From assembly GCA_965262915.1 (NCBI GenBank), contig OZ253564.1:2720001-2784000 (forward strand): a stretch of 64,000 nucleotides of DNA, given 5' to 3'. The notes under the pieces were generated by a model. That model saw nothing but the letters and a program-made list of their open reading frames with translations, did no database searches and was not told the origin of the DNA. The translations under genes and the position numbers were made by a program. Shown here in pieces: positions 19,281-28,942 of the stretch (its first letter is position 1; every line of letters starts with the position of its first letter). Source of the stretch: Candidatus Spongiisociaceae bacterium. Lineage in GTDB: Bacteria; Actinomycetota; Acidimicrobiia; Spongiisociales; Spongiisociaceae.

Positions 19281-20315
19281 CTAACCGAACAATCTGCGGA
19301 CCTGGGTACCCGACCGTTTCTTGACCGCCAGCACCGACAATGCTTCCATCACCACGCGGTTGGCCGCCATCGAGGTCAGGTCGGCATGGTCGAACGGAGG
19401 GGACACCTCAACGACGTCCATACCCGCGAGATCGACCGCATTGACTACTTGCCGGACTGCCCGCAGCAGTTCTCGGGTGCTCAGCCCGCCCGGCTCGGCC
19501 GTACCCGTCCCCGGAGCGTACGCGGGATCGAGAACGTCGATGTCGACGCTGAGGTAGACGGCATCGGCGCCGTCGAGCGCTTCGTCGATCGCCTTGTCCA
19601 CGACCGCCTCGGCGCCGTGTTCCTCGATCTCGGTGATGAAATGCGATCGGAAGCCCTTCTCCTTCATCCAGGCGAGGGTCTCCCCGTCCGGCCAGTAGCC
19701 CCTGAGGCCGACCTGGACGAAGTTCGGTCCCGCTATCGCACCCGACTCCAGCAGCTTGCGCATGGGCGATCCGTGGTTGGCGATCGGTCCGGTGACCTCG
19801 CCCGTGTCGGCGTGTGCATCGAAGTGGACCATCCCGATCCTCGTCGGGTCGTTGACCTCAGCGATGGCAGTGGCTGACGGCCAGGTGATACCGTGGTCGC
19901 CTCCGAGAACGATCGGTACCGCGCCGGTTCTCGCCAGATCGCGAACCTTTCGATAGATCATCGCGTAGCCCCGTTCCAGCCACACCGGTTCGATGTTGGC
20001 GTCGCCGGCATCCACCACGTCGAGAACCTCGAAAACGTCCACGCCCAACTGGAGCGAGTAGAAGCCGCCGTAGTTGTTGTTGGCCGTGCGTATGGCCCTC
20101 GGCCCGAATCTGGCGCCCGGCCGGTATGTGCTGCCGTCATCGAGCGGCGCACCGACGATGACCGCATCCGGTGCCCGGGCGGCAACCTCCCCGATGTCCT
20201 CGACCAGAGGCAGCTTGGCGAATGTGGTAGCTCCCATGTACGCAGGCAGGGAGAAGTCCGGGCGCTCTACGAACTCCTGCTTGTCCCATCCGTGCATGTT
20301 GGCGTAATCAGCCAT
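19281..20315 (-). CDS. speB: Agmatinase/guanidinobutyrase family ureohydrolase
   Basis: RPGARFGP, GGDH, HFDAHAD, HGSP, SVDIDVLDPAYAPGTG. Confidence 0.88.
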   Translation of the reverse strand: MADYANMHGWDKQEFVERPDFSLPAYMGATTFAKLPLVEDIGEVAARAPDAVIVGAPLDDGSTYRPGARFGPRAIRTANNNYGGFYSLQLGVDVFEVLDVVDAGDANIEPVWLERGYAMIYRKVRDLARTGAVPIVLGGDHGITWPSATAIAEVNDPTRIGMVHFDAHADTGEVTGPIANHGSPMRKLLESGAIAGPNFVQVGLRGYWPDGETLAWMKEKGFRSHFITEIEEHGAEAVVDKAIDEALDGADAVYLSVDIDVLDPAYAPGTGTAEPGGLSTRELLRAVRQVVNAVDLAGMDVVEVSPPFDHADLTSMAANRVVMEALSVLAVKKRSGTQVRRLFG

Positions 20316-20352
20316 TGCCCACCCTCCGGTTATCGCCTTCCTTGGCTCAGAT

Positions 20353-21300
20353 CTATCGTGAGACCTCGTCCAGCGCAGCCATCTGGCCTTCCGTGAGCGT
20401 CAGCGTCGTGTATTCGATCAGCGCTTCCAGTTGCTCCGGCGTGCGGGCGCTCGCTAGCACCGCCCCCACTCCCGGGCGGGCGGCTACCCACGCCAGGGCC
20501 ACGGAGGCCAGCGCGACTCCGTGGGCCCCCGACACTTCTTCCATCGCGGCGATGATGCGCCTTCCCTTGTCGGTCAGGTAGGCGGAGGCGGTTCCGGCCC
20601 GGGGGCTGTCGACCCGGTGCTCCGATGTGTATTTGCCGGTCAGGAAGCCGCATGCCAGCGCGTAGTACGGGAGGAAGGCCCATCCTTGATCCTGGGCGAC
20701 GGGGAGGGTGCTCTGTTCGACGCCCCTCTCTACCAAGCTATACATCTGCTGCAGCGCGATGGGTCGATGGAACCCGCCGGCCCGGGTGATCCGCACCCAC
20801 TCCTCCAGGCGTTCGGCTGAGTAGTTGGAGACGCCCAGATACCGCACCTTGCCCTCGTCCACCAGCTCCGACAGGGCCCCGATGGTCTCCTCGAGTGGCG
20901 TGTCGGGGTCGTCGAAGTGGGCGTAGTAGAGGTCGATGACGTCGACGCCGAGACGCCGGAGCGAGGCTTCGATCGCGGCTCTGATCGTGGCGGGCGCCAG
21001 ACCTATGTACCGGGGATGCTGGCTTACTTTGGTGGCGATCACCATGTCGTCACGATTGGCCCGTTTCTTCAGCCACCGGCCGATGATGGTCTCGGTTTCC
21101 CCTCCCTCGTTTCCGGGGGCCCACATCGGATACGAGTCTGCGGTGTCGAGGAAGTTGCCGCCGGCGGCGACGTACGCGTCCAAAACCGCGAAGGAGGTGG
21201 GCTCGTCCGCCGTCCAACTGAAGGTGTTCGTCCCCAGAGCCAGTGGATACACCTCCAGATCGGAACCTTCGAGCCTTCGTCTTTGGGGAGTGGTCGCCAA
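20353..21300 (-). CDS. Aldo/keto reductase
   Basis: LGTNTF, DTADSY, IATK, SLRRL..DLYYAH, GVSNY. Confidence 0.93.
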   Translation of the reverse strand: MATTPQRRRLEGSDLEVYPLALGTNTFSWTADEPTSFAVLDAYVAAGGNFLDTADSYPMWAPGNEGGETETIIGRWLKKRANRDDMVIATKVSQHPRYIGLAPATIRAAIEASLRRLGVDVIDLYYAHFDDPDTPLEETIGALSELVDEGKVRYLGVSNYSAERLEEWVRITRAGGFHRPIALQQMYSLVERGVEQSTLPVAQDQGWAFLPYYALACGFLTGKYTSEHRVDSPRAGTASAYLTDKGRRIIAAMEEVSGAHGVALASVALAWVAARPGVGAVLASARTPEQLEALIEYTTLTLTEGQMAALDEVSR

Positions 21301-21451
21301 GGTACCTTCCTATCGTGATGTCGGGTATTCAAGCAACGGCGTGCACGATTTGGCAACAGTTCCTTCGGGCCCCGGCAGCCTGTGCGTGTGGCCCGGACGA
21401 AGTTTGGGACCTATTGGCCTGGCGACAGGACAGATCAACGAGGAGTTGAGC

Positions 21452-22078
21452 TCAACGAACTCCACCGTGGGCGACTATCGAGTCTCCGGTTAGCGGGTCC
21501 TTATCTAGGACTATCAGATCCTCGATGCGTTGGCGCAGTTCGCTTACATGCGAAACCACCACGACGAGGCGTTGGCGGCGCTCCGCCACCAACGATTCCA
21601 CGCCTTCCATGGCTAGGTCGAGATGCTCCGGGTCGAGGGTACCGAGACCCTCGTCGAGGAAGAAGGCGTCCAGCCGCCCTCCCCTGCGGCCGACCATTTC
21701 GGCCAGCCCCAGCGCGAGGGACAGCGAAGCGAGGAAGGTCTCACCACCTGAGAGGCCGTCAGCTCGGTGGATAGCGTCGGCGGAGTTGAGATCCATCACA
21801 TGGAACTGCCCGTCCTCCGTGAAGCGGTAGCGTCCGGACGAGAGGCGCTCGAAGTGGTCGGATCCCAGACCGGCCAGGACCGCCCGTTCCTCGTCGAGCA
21901 GGAACCGGATGAAGCGGGCATCGGTCAGGCCACGGACCAGTCGTCGGTTCAGGCGCACGCCGTTCTCCCGTCTTCGGCGTTCACGCAACAGCTCGACCAC
22001 GCCGGCTACCAGTTCCTCTTCCCACTCGAAGTCGGCGGCGATCTGATCCCGCCTCGCCCTGACTTCGGCCAGGGCCAC
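21452..22078 (-). pseudogene. sbcC: C-terminal fragment of a Rad50/SbcC paralogue
   Basis: LSGGETFL, FFLDEGLG, VSH present; no Walker A; 5' end lies ~35 bp from an IS630 end. Confidence 0.82.
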
Positions 22079-22114
22079 ATCGATCGAACTCTCGATTCCA
22101 TGTTGGGACGGTGA

Positions 22115-23013
22115 CTAGTGCCCTGTGTTGGGAATCCACTGAAGATATGCGGTGAGGTTGTTGAGTGTCTGGTCGGCGGTCTTGCGCCAGACGAACGGTT
22201 TCGTTGATGGATGCGTTGAGTTCGCGTACCGACCGGCGGGTGCCGCGTCGTCGCCGTTTGGTGGTCAGCTCGGAGAACCATTGTTCGACGGGGTTCATCC
22301 ACGAGGAATAGGTGGGTGTGTGATGGAACGTGAACGGTGGATGGCGTTGTAGCCGGCGGTTGATGGAGGCGGTTTTGTGGGTGGAGACGTTGTCGAGGAT
22401 CACATGCACATCGAGCTCCGGGGGGGGGTTCAGGTACAAACCACCACGTCGTGGACCTTATTCGACGAACTGGGGATCAGGCGAAATCTTGAAGTCCTCG
22501 GTCCGGTGCGCCTTGAGGCGGGAAGCCCGCGAAATCTTGGAGATCGACGACGCGGACAGCCCAACCGCCGCCGCCATCCTGCGGGTCGACCACTGCGTCG
22601 CTCCCCGAGGGCTCCCCTCCAAGGTCATGACCAACACCTCTTCGACTTTCTCGTTGGTGATCTTCCGCGGCGGTCCCGGCCGAGGCTGATCACAGAGCCC
22701 ATCCACACGGCGGACGGCGAAACGGTTCCGCCATCTGCCCACCGTCGTCGGATGACAACCCTGCTCCGCGGCGACATCCACATTGGCCCGACCCTGCGAC
22801 GCTTCCAACACGATCCGGCACCGCATCGCCAACGCCTGAGATGTGGTATGCCGCCGTACCCAACGCTGCAGGGTCTCCCGCTCGTCGCTGCTCAGCTCGG
22901 TCACCACCGGTTGACGCCCCCGGCTAGTACTCATCGATATCTTCTCTAATCAATAACAATCCATCTCTAACTCATACTACAAAATATGGCGATATAGAAC
23001 TACAGGACACTAG
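22115..23013 (-). mobile_element. IS630-family element, internally deleted/frameshifted
   Basis: CTAG at both ends, terminal IR tagtg(c/t)cctgt; HTH part 22458-22934; DDE part HVILDNVSTHK..HHTPTYSSWMNPVE.WF. Confidence 0.88.
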
Positions 23014-23098
23014 GTGGTCACCTAAGTCAAAGGACCCCCACACCCATACACCACAAGAATGGACACTACTCGTGATCCTTGGTCTAGATTTGTGACGG

Positions 23099-24247
23099 AT
23101 GAGAGTTCTGCACACTTCGGACTGGCATGTGGGGCGTGCGATTCGCGGCAGGAGTCGGGCGGATGAGCACAGAGCGGTCCTTTCTGAGATCGTGCGCATC
23201 GGGCAGCAGTGGGAAGTTGATCTAGTCCTGGTCGCGGGCGATGTGTTTGACTCGGCGGCACCGTCACCTGAGTCGGAGCGGATTGTTTATCGGACTTTGC
23301 TTGACTTGGCCGACGTGGCGCCGGTGGTCATAGTTGCTGGCAATCACGACAATCCGCGTCGGCTGCGGGCTGTGACACCGCTCTTGAAACTCGGCCGCGT
23401 CACCTCTCTAGGCTTCGTTACGCGTCCAGAGGATGGTGGGGTGGTTGTCGGGTCCGACATCGGGTTGGGATGCCCGACTCGCGTGGCTTTGCTCCCGTGG
23501 CAAAACCAGCGCGGGATAGTGACGGCTGCTGATTTGATGTCGAAACAGGCCGATCAGACTACCTCTGACTACGCGGGTCGAATGGGTCTTATTATCAACG
23601 CTTTGTGTCAGAGTATGACTCTCGATTCGGTTAATCTGCTGGTCAGTCATCTGACTGTACATGGTGCCCGAGATGTGGGAAGCGAGAGAGCCGCCCATGT
23701 CTTCGGTTATGCCGTAGCTGCTCAGACTTTCCCTGGTCACCTCTCTTATGTGGCATTGGGTCATTTCCACCGACAGCAGCAGATCCCCGCTTCGGCACCG
23801 GTGTGGTATGCGGGATCCCCTCTTCAACTTGACTTCGGGGAAGCGGGGGAAGACAAGGGGGTTTTGGTGATTGAGGCCGAGCCGGGTCTTCCGGCGGCTG
23901 TAAATCCAGTTCGGTTAGTGTCCGGCAAGCGGCTAGTGGTGCTGCGCGGGACCCTTGACGAGGTTGTCACGGCTGCCGGGGACCATTTGGGTTCCTACAT
24001 CAAGGTGGAGATCGACGAACCCGCCCGGGCTGGGATGGCTGACGAGGTACGGGCGAGGATCCCCGGCGTGGTTGACGTGACGCTCTCTGTTGTCCACCGT
24101 CAGTCGGCCGCATCTGATGTGCCCAAGCGTGTGGGTCGTAGTCCTCGGGACCTGTTTCGCGAATACCTGTCAGAGTGTGGCATTGAGGACAAGCGGGTGA
24201 GCGAACTGTTCGACCAACTGGTGGATGAGTCCTCCGATGAGACCTAG
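23099..24247 (+). CDS. sbcD: Mre11/SbcD metallophosphoesterase nuclease
   Basis: HTSDWHVG, AGDVFD, AGNHD, SHL, YVALGHFH, YAGSP..DFGE. Confidence 0.95.
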   Translation: MRVLHTSDWHVGRAIRGRSRADEHRAVLSEIVRIGQQWEVDLVLVAGDVFDSAAPSPESERIVYRTLLDLADVAPVVIVAGNHDNPRRLRAVTPLLKLGRVTSLGFVTRPEDGGVVVGSDIGLGCPTRVALLPWQNQRGIVTAADLMSKQADQTTSDYAGRMGLIINALCQSMTLDSVNLLVSHLTVHGARDVGSERAAHVFGYAVAAQTFPGHLSYVALGHFHRQQQIPASAPVWYAGSPLQLDFGEAGEDKGVLVIEAEPGLPAAVNPVRLVSGKRLVVLRGTLDEVVTAAGDHLGSYIKVEIDEPARAGMADEVRARIPGVVDVTLSVVHRQSAASDVPKRVGRSPRDLFREYLSECGIEDKRVSELFDQLVDESSDET

Positions 24248-27200
24248 CCGTCTGGAACTCGAAGGATTCTCCGTGTTCGGCGAGCGCATCGTAGTCGAGT
24301 TCGGTACTGCTGACCTGTTCGTCATCACGGGTCCGACGGGTGTCGGCAAATCATCAATCCTCGATGCGATCGTTTTCGCTCTTTACGGGTCTGTCTATCG
24401 GTACGGGAAGCGAGCGGTGAAACCCGTGATCACCCAGGGGCTGCTCCAAGCTCGGGTACGCCTCGACTTCACCGTGGGTCACGATTCATACACCGTGGCC
24501 CGGCTGGTCCGCCGGAAGGGCGCAGGCGATGCGATGCTTGAGGGGGAAGGTGTCACGCTGGCCCAAGGCGCCCGGGGCGTGAACGCACGGGTGGAGAGAA
24601 CATTGGGCCTCGACTTCAATCAGTTCACTACATGCGTGGCTCTCCCACAGGGCGACTTCCATAGGTTCCTTCGGGCAAGCGCAAGGGATCGCCAAGATCT
24701 ACTGATAAAGCTGCTAGACCTCGACATATACGAACGGGTTGGTCGCCTCGCGTCTGAGAGACGTAAGTCCACAGAAGGCCGAGCGGAGGAGATAAGAGCA
24801 CAACTTCGGGCCATTGGAGACTTCCTAGAGGTGAAAGACGCCGAGGCGCGTGTCGTGAAAATCGAGTCGGTGATAGACCTGTTGGATCGGGCGGAGTCGG
24901 AGATCGAAGAACTGACTCGCAAAGAAGCTGAGGCACGAGCCGGATCCGAAGACTATCACAGGCGCAGTTCCAGACTCGCCGCGCTACGTCGACCTCAAGG
25001 CCTTGACCGATTGATGAACGACATCAGCCAGGCATGTGAAGCAGCTACCGCTGCGGAGGAAGGCAGGAAGCAGGCCATCCGCGTGGTGTTGGACGCTGAG
25101 GAGGCGCTGGCTAGGCGCTCCTCAAACGAGATCACGGTGGCTATTGACCGTCGGCGGGAGCTTAGCAACGCTGAGCAGCGACTTAGCGATGCCAGATGTG
25201 ACGCCGCAGAGGCGTTGGCTCAGCGCCAGGAAGCAGACATTGGTGCGACGGAGGCGGTTGCTAGGGCGAAGGCGGCGGATGAGGCCGCGGACGCCGTGGA
25301 AGCCCAAACCGCGGTGGCGGAGAAGGAGGCACGAGAGTTGGAAGGTCAGGACGCGGACGCGGATCGGCAAGCCTTGAAGGCGGAGGGCCGAGCCCAGATG
25401 GCCGAGAAGGACGCTGCAGAGGCGGAAGCCCGCGCGAAGGCGGTGGATGTGGCGGCCGAGGCTGAGGAGGCTCGAGCCCGTGAAGCCGAGCGAGATGTTG
25501 CAGAGGCGGAAGCCCGCGCGAAGGCGGTGGATGTGGCGGCCGAGGCTGAGGAGGCTCGAGCCCGTGAAGCCGAGCGAGATGTTGCAGAGGCGGAAGCCCG
25601 CGCGAAGGCGGTGGATGTGGCGGCCGAGGCTGAGGAGGCTCAAGCCCGTGAAGCCGAGCGAGATGCTGTGGAGCAGGAAGGTCGGGCCGCGGACGCCGAT
25701 CGAGAAGCTGTTGCGGCGGAAGGCCGGTTTGAGATAGCGGAGAAGGACGCCCGGGAGGCGGAGCGCCGGGCCGAAGACGCGGACAGAGCGGCTGAGACCA
25801 CGGCGAGTGAAGCAGAAGTAGCAGAGGAACGAGCAGCCGCAGCTGATCAGCAAGCTCGGTTAGCGAAGCGACAAACCGGGCAAGCAATAGCGGACCGAGA
25901 CGAGCGTCGGATAGAGTTGGGCCTGATTTCGGGAGAAGTGGAGTCGACGGAACCGTATCCGCTTATGACCCGACGTTTGGCCGCGACATTTGGGTTGGGG
26001 GCAGCGGTGGGCGCTGCTGCCGGGGCCATTGTGCCAGACCTAATTCATCCTGCTATCGGCGCTGCCATAGGTGCCGCTTCAGCGATTCTGTTGTCGACCC
26101 TTCTTCAGATGCGTGGCAGAAAACAGATCGCTGCCATCATGCGAGCAGCCGACGAACGCGTGAGTAACGCACGTGCGTCCACCGAAGAGGCGTTGAGTGT
26201 GGCTTATCAGGAGAGAGGAGACGCACAAGCAGCATCGGAAGCCGCGGAGCGCAGGAAAGCGGCTCTGGGTCGAGCTCAAGCAGATACGGTTCGAGTTGGG
26301 AAGCTGGCGAGCGACATGTCGATGTCCGCTGACCTGATACGACAGGACGCAACTCGCGCGCGAGCAAGGGCGCTCCAGGCCAGGGAGTCCGCTAACGGGA
26401 AAAGACGGGAAGCGGACGCGGCGGGTGACGCAGCGAGAGGGGCGCGGGCGGGTGCGGTAAGGGCGGGGGAGTTGGCGGGCGAAGTTAGGGTGTCCGCCGT
26501 GTCGGCGAGGGAGGTGGCCAAGGGTGCGCGGGCCGATGCGGTCCGGGCTAGAGAGTCCGCGGACGAAACGCGGCAGAGGTCCGATCAGGCGCAGGACGCG
26601 CTGTGTGGGGCGCGGGCGGGTGCGGTACGGGCGGGGGAGTTGGCGGGCGAAGTTAGGGTGTCCGCCGTGTCGGCGAGGGAGGTGGCCAAGGGTGCGCGGG
26701 CCGATGCGGTCCGGGCTAGAGAGTCCGCGGACGAAACGCGGCAGAGGTCCGATCAGGCGCACGATGCGGCCAGAAACGAGAGGTCCCGCGCGGCATCAGC
26801 CGCTGAGATGCTGGCTTCCGTGAGCAGCCGCGCCGAGGAGAAGGAACGTACAGTGCAAACTATCTGTGCCACGGTGGCCGACCTACGTGCAGGGCTGCGA
26901 GGTGTGGGAGATATCGGAGCGCTAGAGGTCGAACTCAGCGAAGTGGTAGCAGCGGAACAACAGTTGGTCGCGGGACGAACAGCCCAGACGGAGGCGGAGA
27001 AAGCCAAGACGAGAGCCGATCTGCAAGTTGCGAAACTCGAGCGCGAGCGAACGACCGCCGTTGGTGCGCTAAAGGAAACCTGTGGTCGGCTGGACGAACT
27101 TGGGCCACCAGAGTTCGATGTGGAGGATCCGGCCGAGGGCTGGTCCAGATTGCTCGATTGGGCGCAGGTGGCCGGGTGTGATGCGGATCGGCGTGCCGCA

Positions 27201-27917
27201 TTGTCTTCTGAGGGGGCGGACCGCTTTCTCTCCGGACGGCGCGAGTTGAGCCAGGCGCTCGAGGCTGCTTGTCGGCGCGTCAGCGTCGACACTACGGGTC
27301 GTCGGATGCGGGACGCGGTCGTGGATGCTGCCGCGCTGGCTAGGAATAACGTGGCCAGAGCGCGCGAGGGAGCCGAGGTGCGCGAACGGCTACGTGAGAT
27401 TACCGAGCAGGCTCAAGTAGTTGAAGTTCTAGCCCGTCTGATGCGTGTCAGTCGTTTTCCGAAGTGGTTGCTTGCCACAGAGCTGCAGCATTTGGCCGAC
27501 CGTACCGAACGCCGTCTCTCGGAACTCACAGGAGGTCGCTACCAACTTGCTGTTTCCTCAGATCTGGACCTCGAGATCGTCGATCACCACGCGGCGAGCG
27601 AGCGGCGTTCGGTGCAGAGCCTCTCCGGTGGTGAGACCTTCCTGGTGTCTTTGGCGTTAGCGCTGGCCTTAGCGGATCATGTGGCCGACACAGCTGAAGG
27701 TGTGACACGCCTCGAATCGCTATTCCTTGACGAGGGCTTCGGCGCGCTCGATCCGGAAACGTTAGAGGTTGTCTCCGCCGCGGTTGGGGAGCTAGGGGCG
27801 TCCGGCAAAACTGTCGGAGTGATCACGCACGTCAAGGAGTTAGCAGACCAGGTTCCGGTACGGTTCGAGGTGCGCAAGACCGCAGCCGGAGCGGAAGTCA
27901 TGAAGGTGGAGACGTGA
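24237..27917 (+). CDS. sbcC: Rad50/SbcC-type SMC ATPase with extended coiled coil and central hydrophobic hairpin
   Basis: GPTGVGKS, LPQGDF, LSGGE, LFLDEGFG.LD, ITH; no CxxC; overlaps the sbcD stop. Confidence 0.9.
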   Translation: MRPSRLELEGFSVFGERIVVEFGTADLFVITGPTGVGKSSILDAIVFALYGSVYRYGKRAVKPVITQGLLQARVRLDFTVGHDSYTVARLVRRKGAGDAMLEGEGVTLAQGARGVNARVERTLGLDFNQFTTCVALPQGDFHRFLRASARDRQDLLIKLLDLDIYERVGRLASERRKSTEGRAEEIRAQLRAIGDFLEVKDAEARVVKIESVIDLLDRAESEIEELTRKEAEARAGSEDYHRRSSRLAALRRPQGLDRLMNDISQACEAATAAEEGRKQAIRVVLDAEEALARRSSNEITVAIDRRRELSNAEQRLSDARCDAAEALAQRQEADIGATEAVARAKAADEAADAVEAQTAVAEKEARELEGQDADADRQALKAEGRAQMAEKDAAEAEARAKAVDVAAEAEEARAREAERDVAEAEARAKAVDVAAEAEEARAREAERDVAEAEARAKAVDVAAEAEEAQAREAERDAVEQEGRAADADREAVAAEGRFEIAEKDAREAERRAEDADRAAETTASEAEVAEERAAAADQQARLAKRQTGQAIADRDERRIELGLISGEVESTEPYPLMTRRLAATFGLGAAVGAAAGAIVPDLIHPAIGAAIGAASAILLSTLLQMRGRKQIAAIMRAADERVSNARASTEEALSVAYQERGDAQAASEAAERRKAALGRAQADTVRVGKLASDMSMSADLIRQDATRARARALQARESANGKRREADAAGDAARGARAGAVRAGELAGEVRVSAVSAREVAKGARADAVRARESADETRQRSDQAQDALCGARAGAVRAGELAGEVRVSAVSAREVAKGARADAVRARESADETRQRSDQAHDAARNERSRAASAAEMLASVSSRAEEKERTVQTICATVADLRAGLRGVGDIGALEVELSEVVAAEQQLVAGRTAQTEAEKAKTRADLQVAKLERERTTAVGALKETCGRLDELGPPEFDVEDPAEGWSRLLDWAQVAGCDADRRAALSSEGADRFLSGRRELSQALEAACRRVSVDTTGRRMRDAVVDAAALARNNVARAREGAEVRERLREITEQAQVVEVLARLMRVSRFPKWLLATELQHLADRTERRLSELTGGRYQLAVSSDLDLEIVDHHAASERRSVQSLSGGETFLVSLALALALADHVADTAEGVTRLESLFLDEGFGALDPETLEVVSAAVGELGASGKTVGVITHVKELADQVPVRFEVRKTAAGAEVMKVET
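25416..25667 (+). repeat. 84-bp (28-aa) tandem repeat x3 in the N-terminal coiled-coil arm
   Basis: Units start at 25416, 25500, 25584: AEAEARAKAVDVAAEAEEARAREAERDV. Confidence 0.95.
26439..26768 (+). repeat. 168-bp (56-aa) tandem repeat x2 in the C-terminal coiled-coil arm
   Basis: Units start at 26439 and 26607: GARAGAVRAGELAGEVRVSAVSAREVAKGARADAVRARESADETRQRSDQA. Confidence 0.95.
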
Positions 27918-28825
27918 GGTTCAGCGTTGAGACATGGTCTTCGGAGTACGGCACCCCGATGGCGTCGGATATCGTCCAATCCGACGTTGTGCCGGATGTG
28001 GGCCGTGAGGTAAGCGCCGATTATTGGTCGCCGCTCCGGCCATCGACAGATCCGGCGCGCGATGTGTTATTTGTGGACGGAGTGCGGCGCGTCGACGCAA
28101 ACCTTTGGATAGAACAATCCGGATCTGATCCAGTGCTTGGATTGTGCGCATCCTACTCTGCCGGAGCGATACGCTCAGTGCAGCACACAGCGCGCTTGGT
28201 GGCTAGCCGCGTCGAGCGGTGTCTGTTTACCGTGGCCAGGCAAGCACTGGATGTCGCCACTCGATATGGAACGTATGCCGTTCAACCAACCAAGGGAAGC
28301 ACCCCGGAGGAATTGTGGCTGGCGATACAGGACCGGATGGGACGGCTCGAGGGGCAGGTCTCAGGTGGACTTAGTGGCATGGGCCTAGTCGTTGTTGATG
28401 GTCCACTATCGCATCATCGGCATGTACCGGACGCAGTAGGGTACGTAAAGACACATCATCGTTACTATCTGCCAGAGAAGCTGCGAGGAATCCTCCCCGC
28501 GCTTCCTGCCGGATGCCGTACCCCGCTGTTTTTCCTCGGAAACGGAACCTACCGCTGGTCTTGGTACCTGCGTGTCGCTCAGGGTGCCGGACCGATGGGT
28601 GGGATAGTGAGATGCGAATTGGCAGCAGATCGGGCTGTCACCGATGCAGCGCGGATGGCCGATCTGGTGACCGCTACCCTGCCCAGATACGCGTCCGAGG
28701 AACACAAGGATCCTAGAGCACCTCAGAACCTCTATCCGGTGGGGGCTCTGGAGCGGCAGCTACACCACCGGATGGGAGACCAGCAGCTACTGTTCCGAGC
28801 GTTGCGCCAGGCAGCAATCGGATAG
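27914..28825 (+). CDS. nurA: NurA-family nuclease (Deinococcus/Thermus type)
   Basis: FVDGVRR, VVDGPL, GYVKTH, SWYLR, DPRAPQNLYP..LE..L; GTGA overlap with sbcC. Confidence 0.85.
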   Translation: MRFSVETWSSEYGTPMASDIVQSDVVPDVGREVSADYWSPLRPSTDPARDVLFVDGVRRVDANLWIEQSGSDPVLGLCASYSAGAIRSVQHTARLVASRVERCLFTVARQALDVATRYGTYAVQPTKGSTPEELWLAIQDRMGRLEGQVSGGLSGMGLVVVDGPLSHHRHVPDAVGYVKTHHRYYLPEKLRGILPALPAGCRTPLFFLGNGTYRWSWYLRVAQGAGPMGGIVRCELAADRAVTDAARMADLVTATLPRYASEEHKDPRAPQNLYPVGALERQLHHRMGDQQLLFRALRQAAIG

Positions 28826-28942
28826 CCTTGCACACAGCATCCGACTACGCCGGGTTCGAAATCAAGAGATGGCCCTTCTGCTTACACCTTCAACAAAGTA
28901 ACCGCTCAGTTCTCTTTCTACAACGCCAGCGGGTGTCCGTCT

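Noticed and set aside
20315-20353. Guanidine riboswitch upstream of the ureohydrolase
   Set aside because: Only ~37 bp of intergenic space and no recognisable motif.
25416-25667. Repeat array as a possible CRISPR
   Set aside because: In-frame coding tandem repeats without unique spacers; no cas genes.
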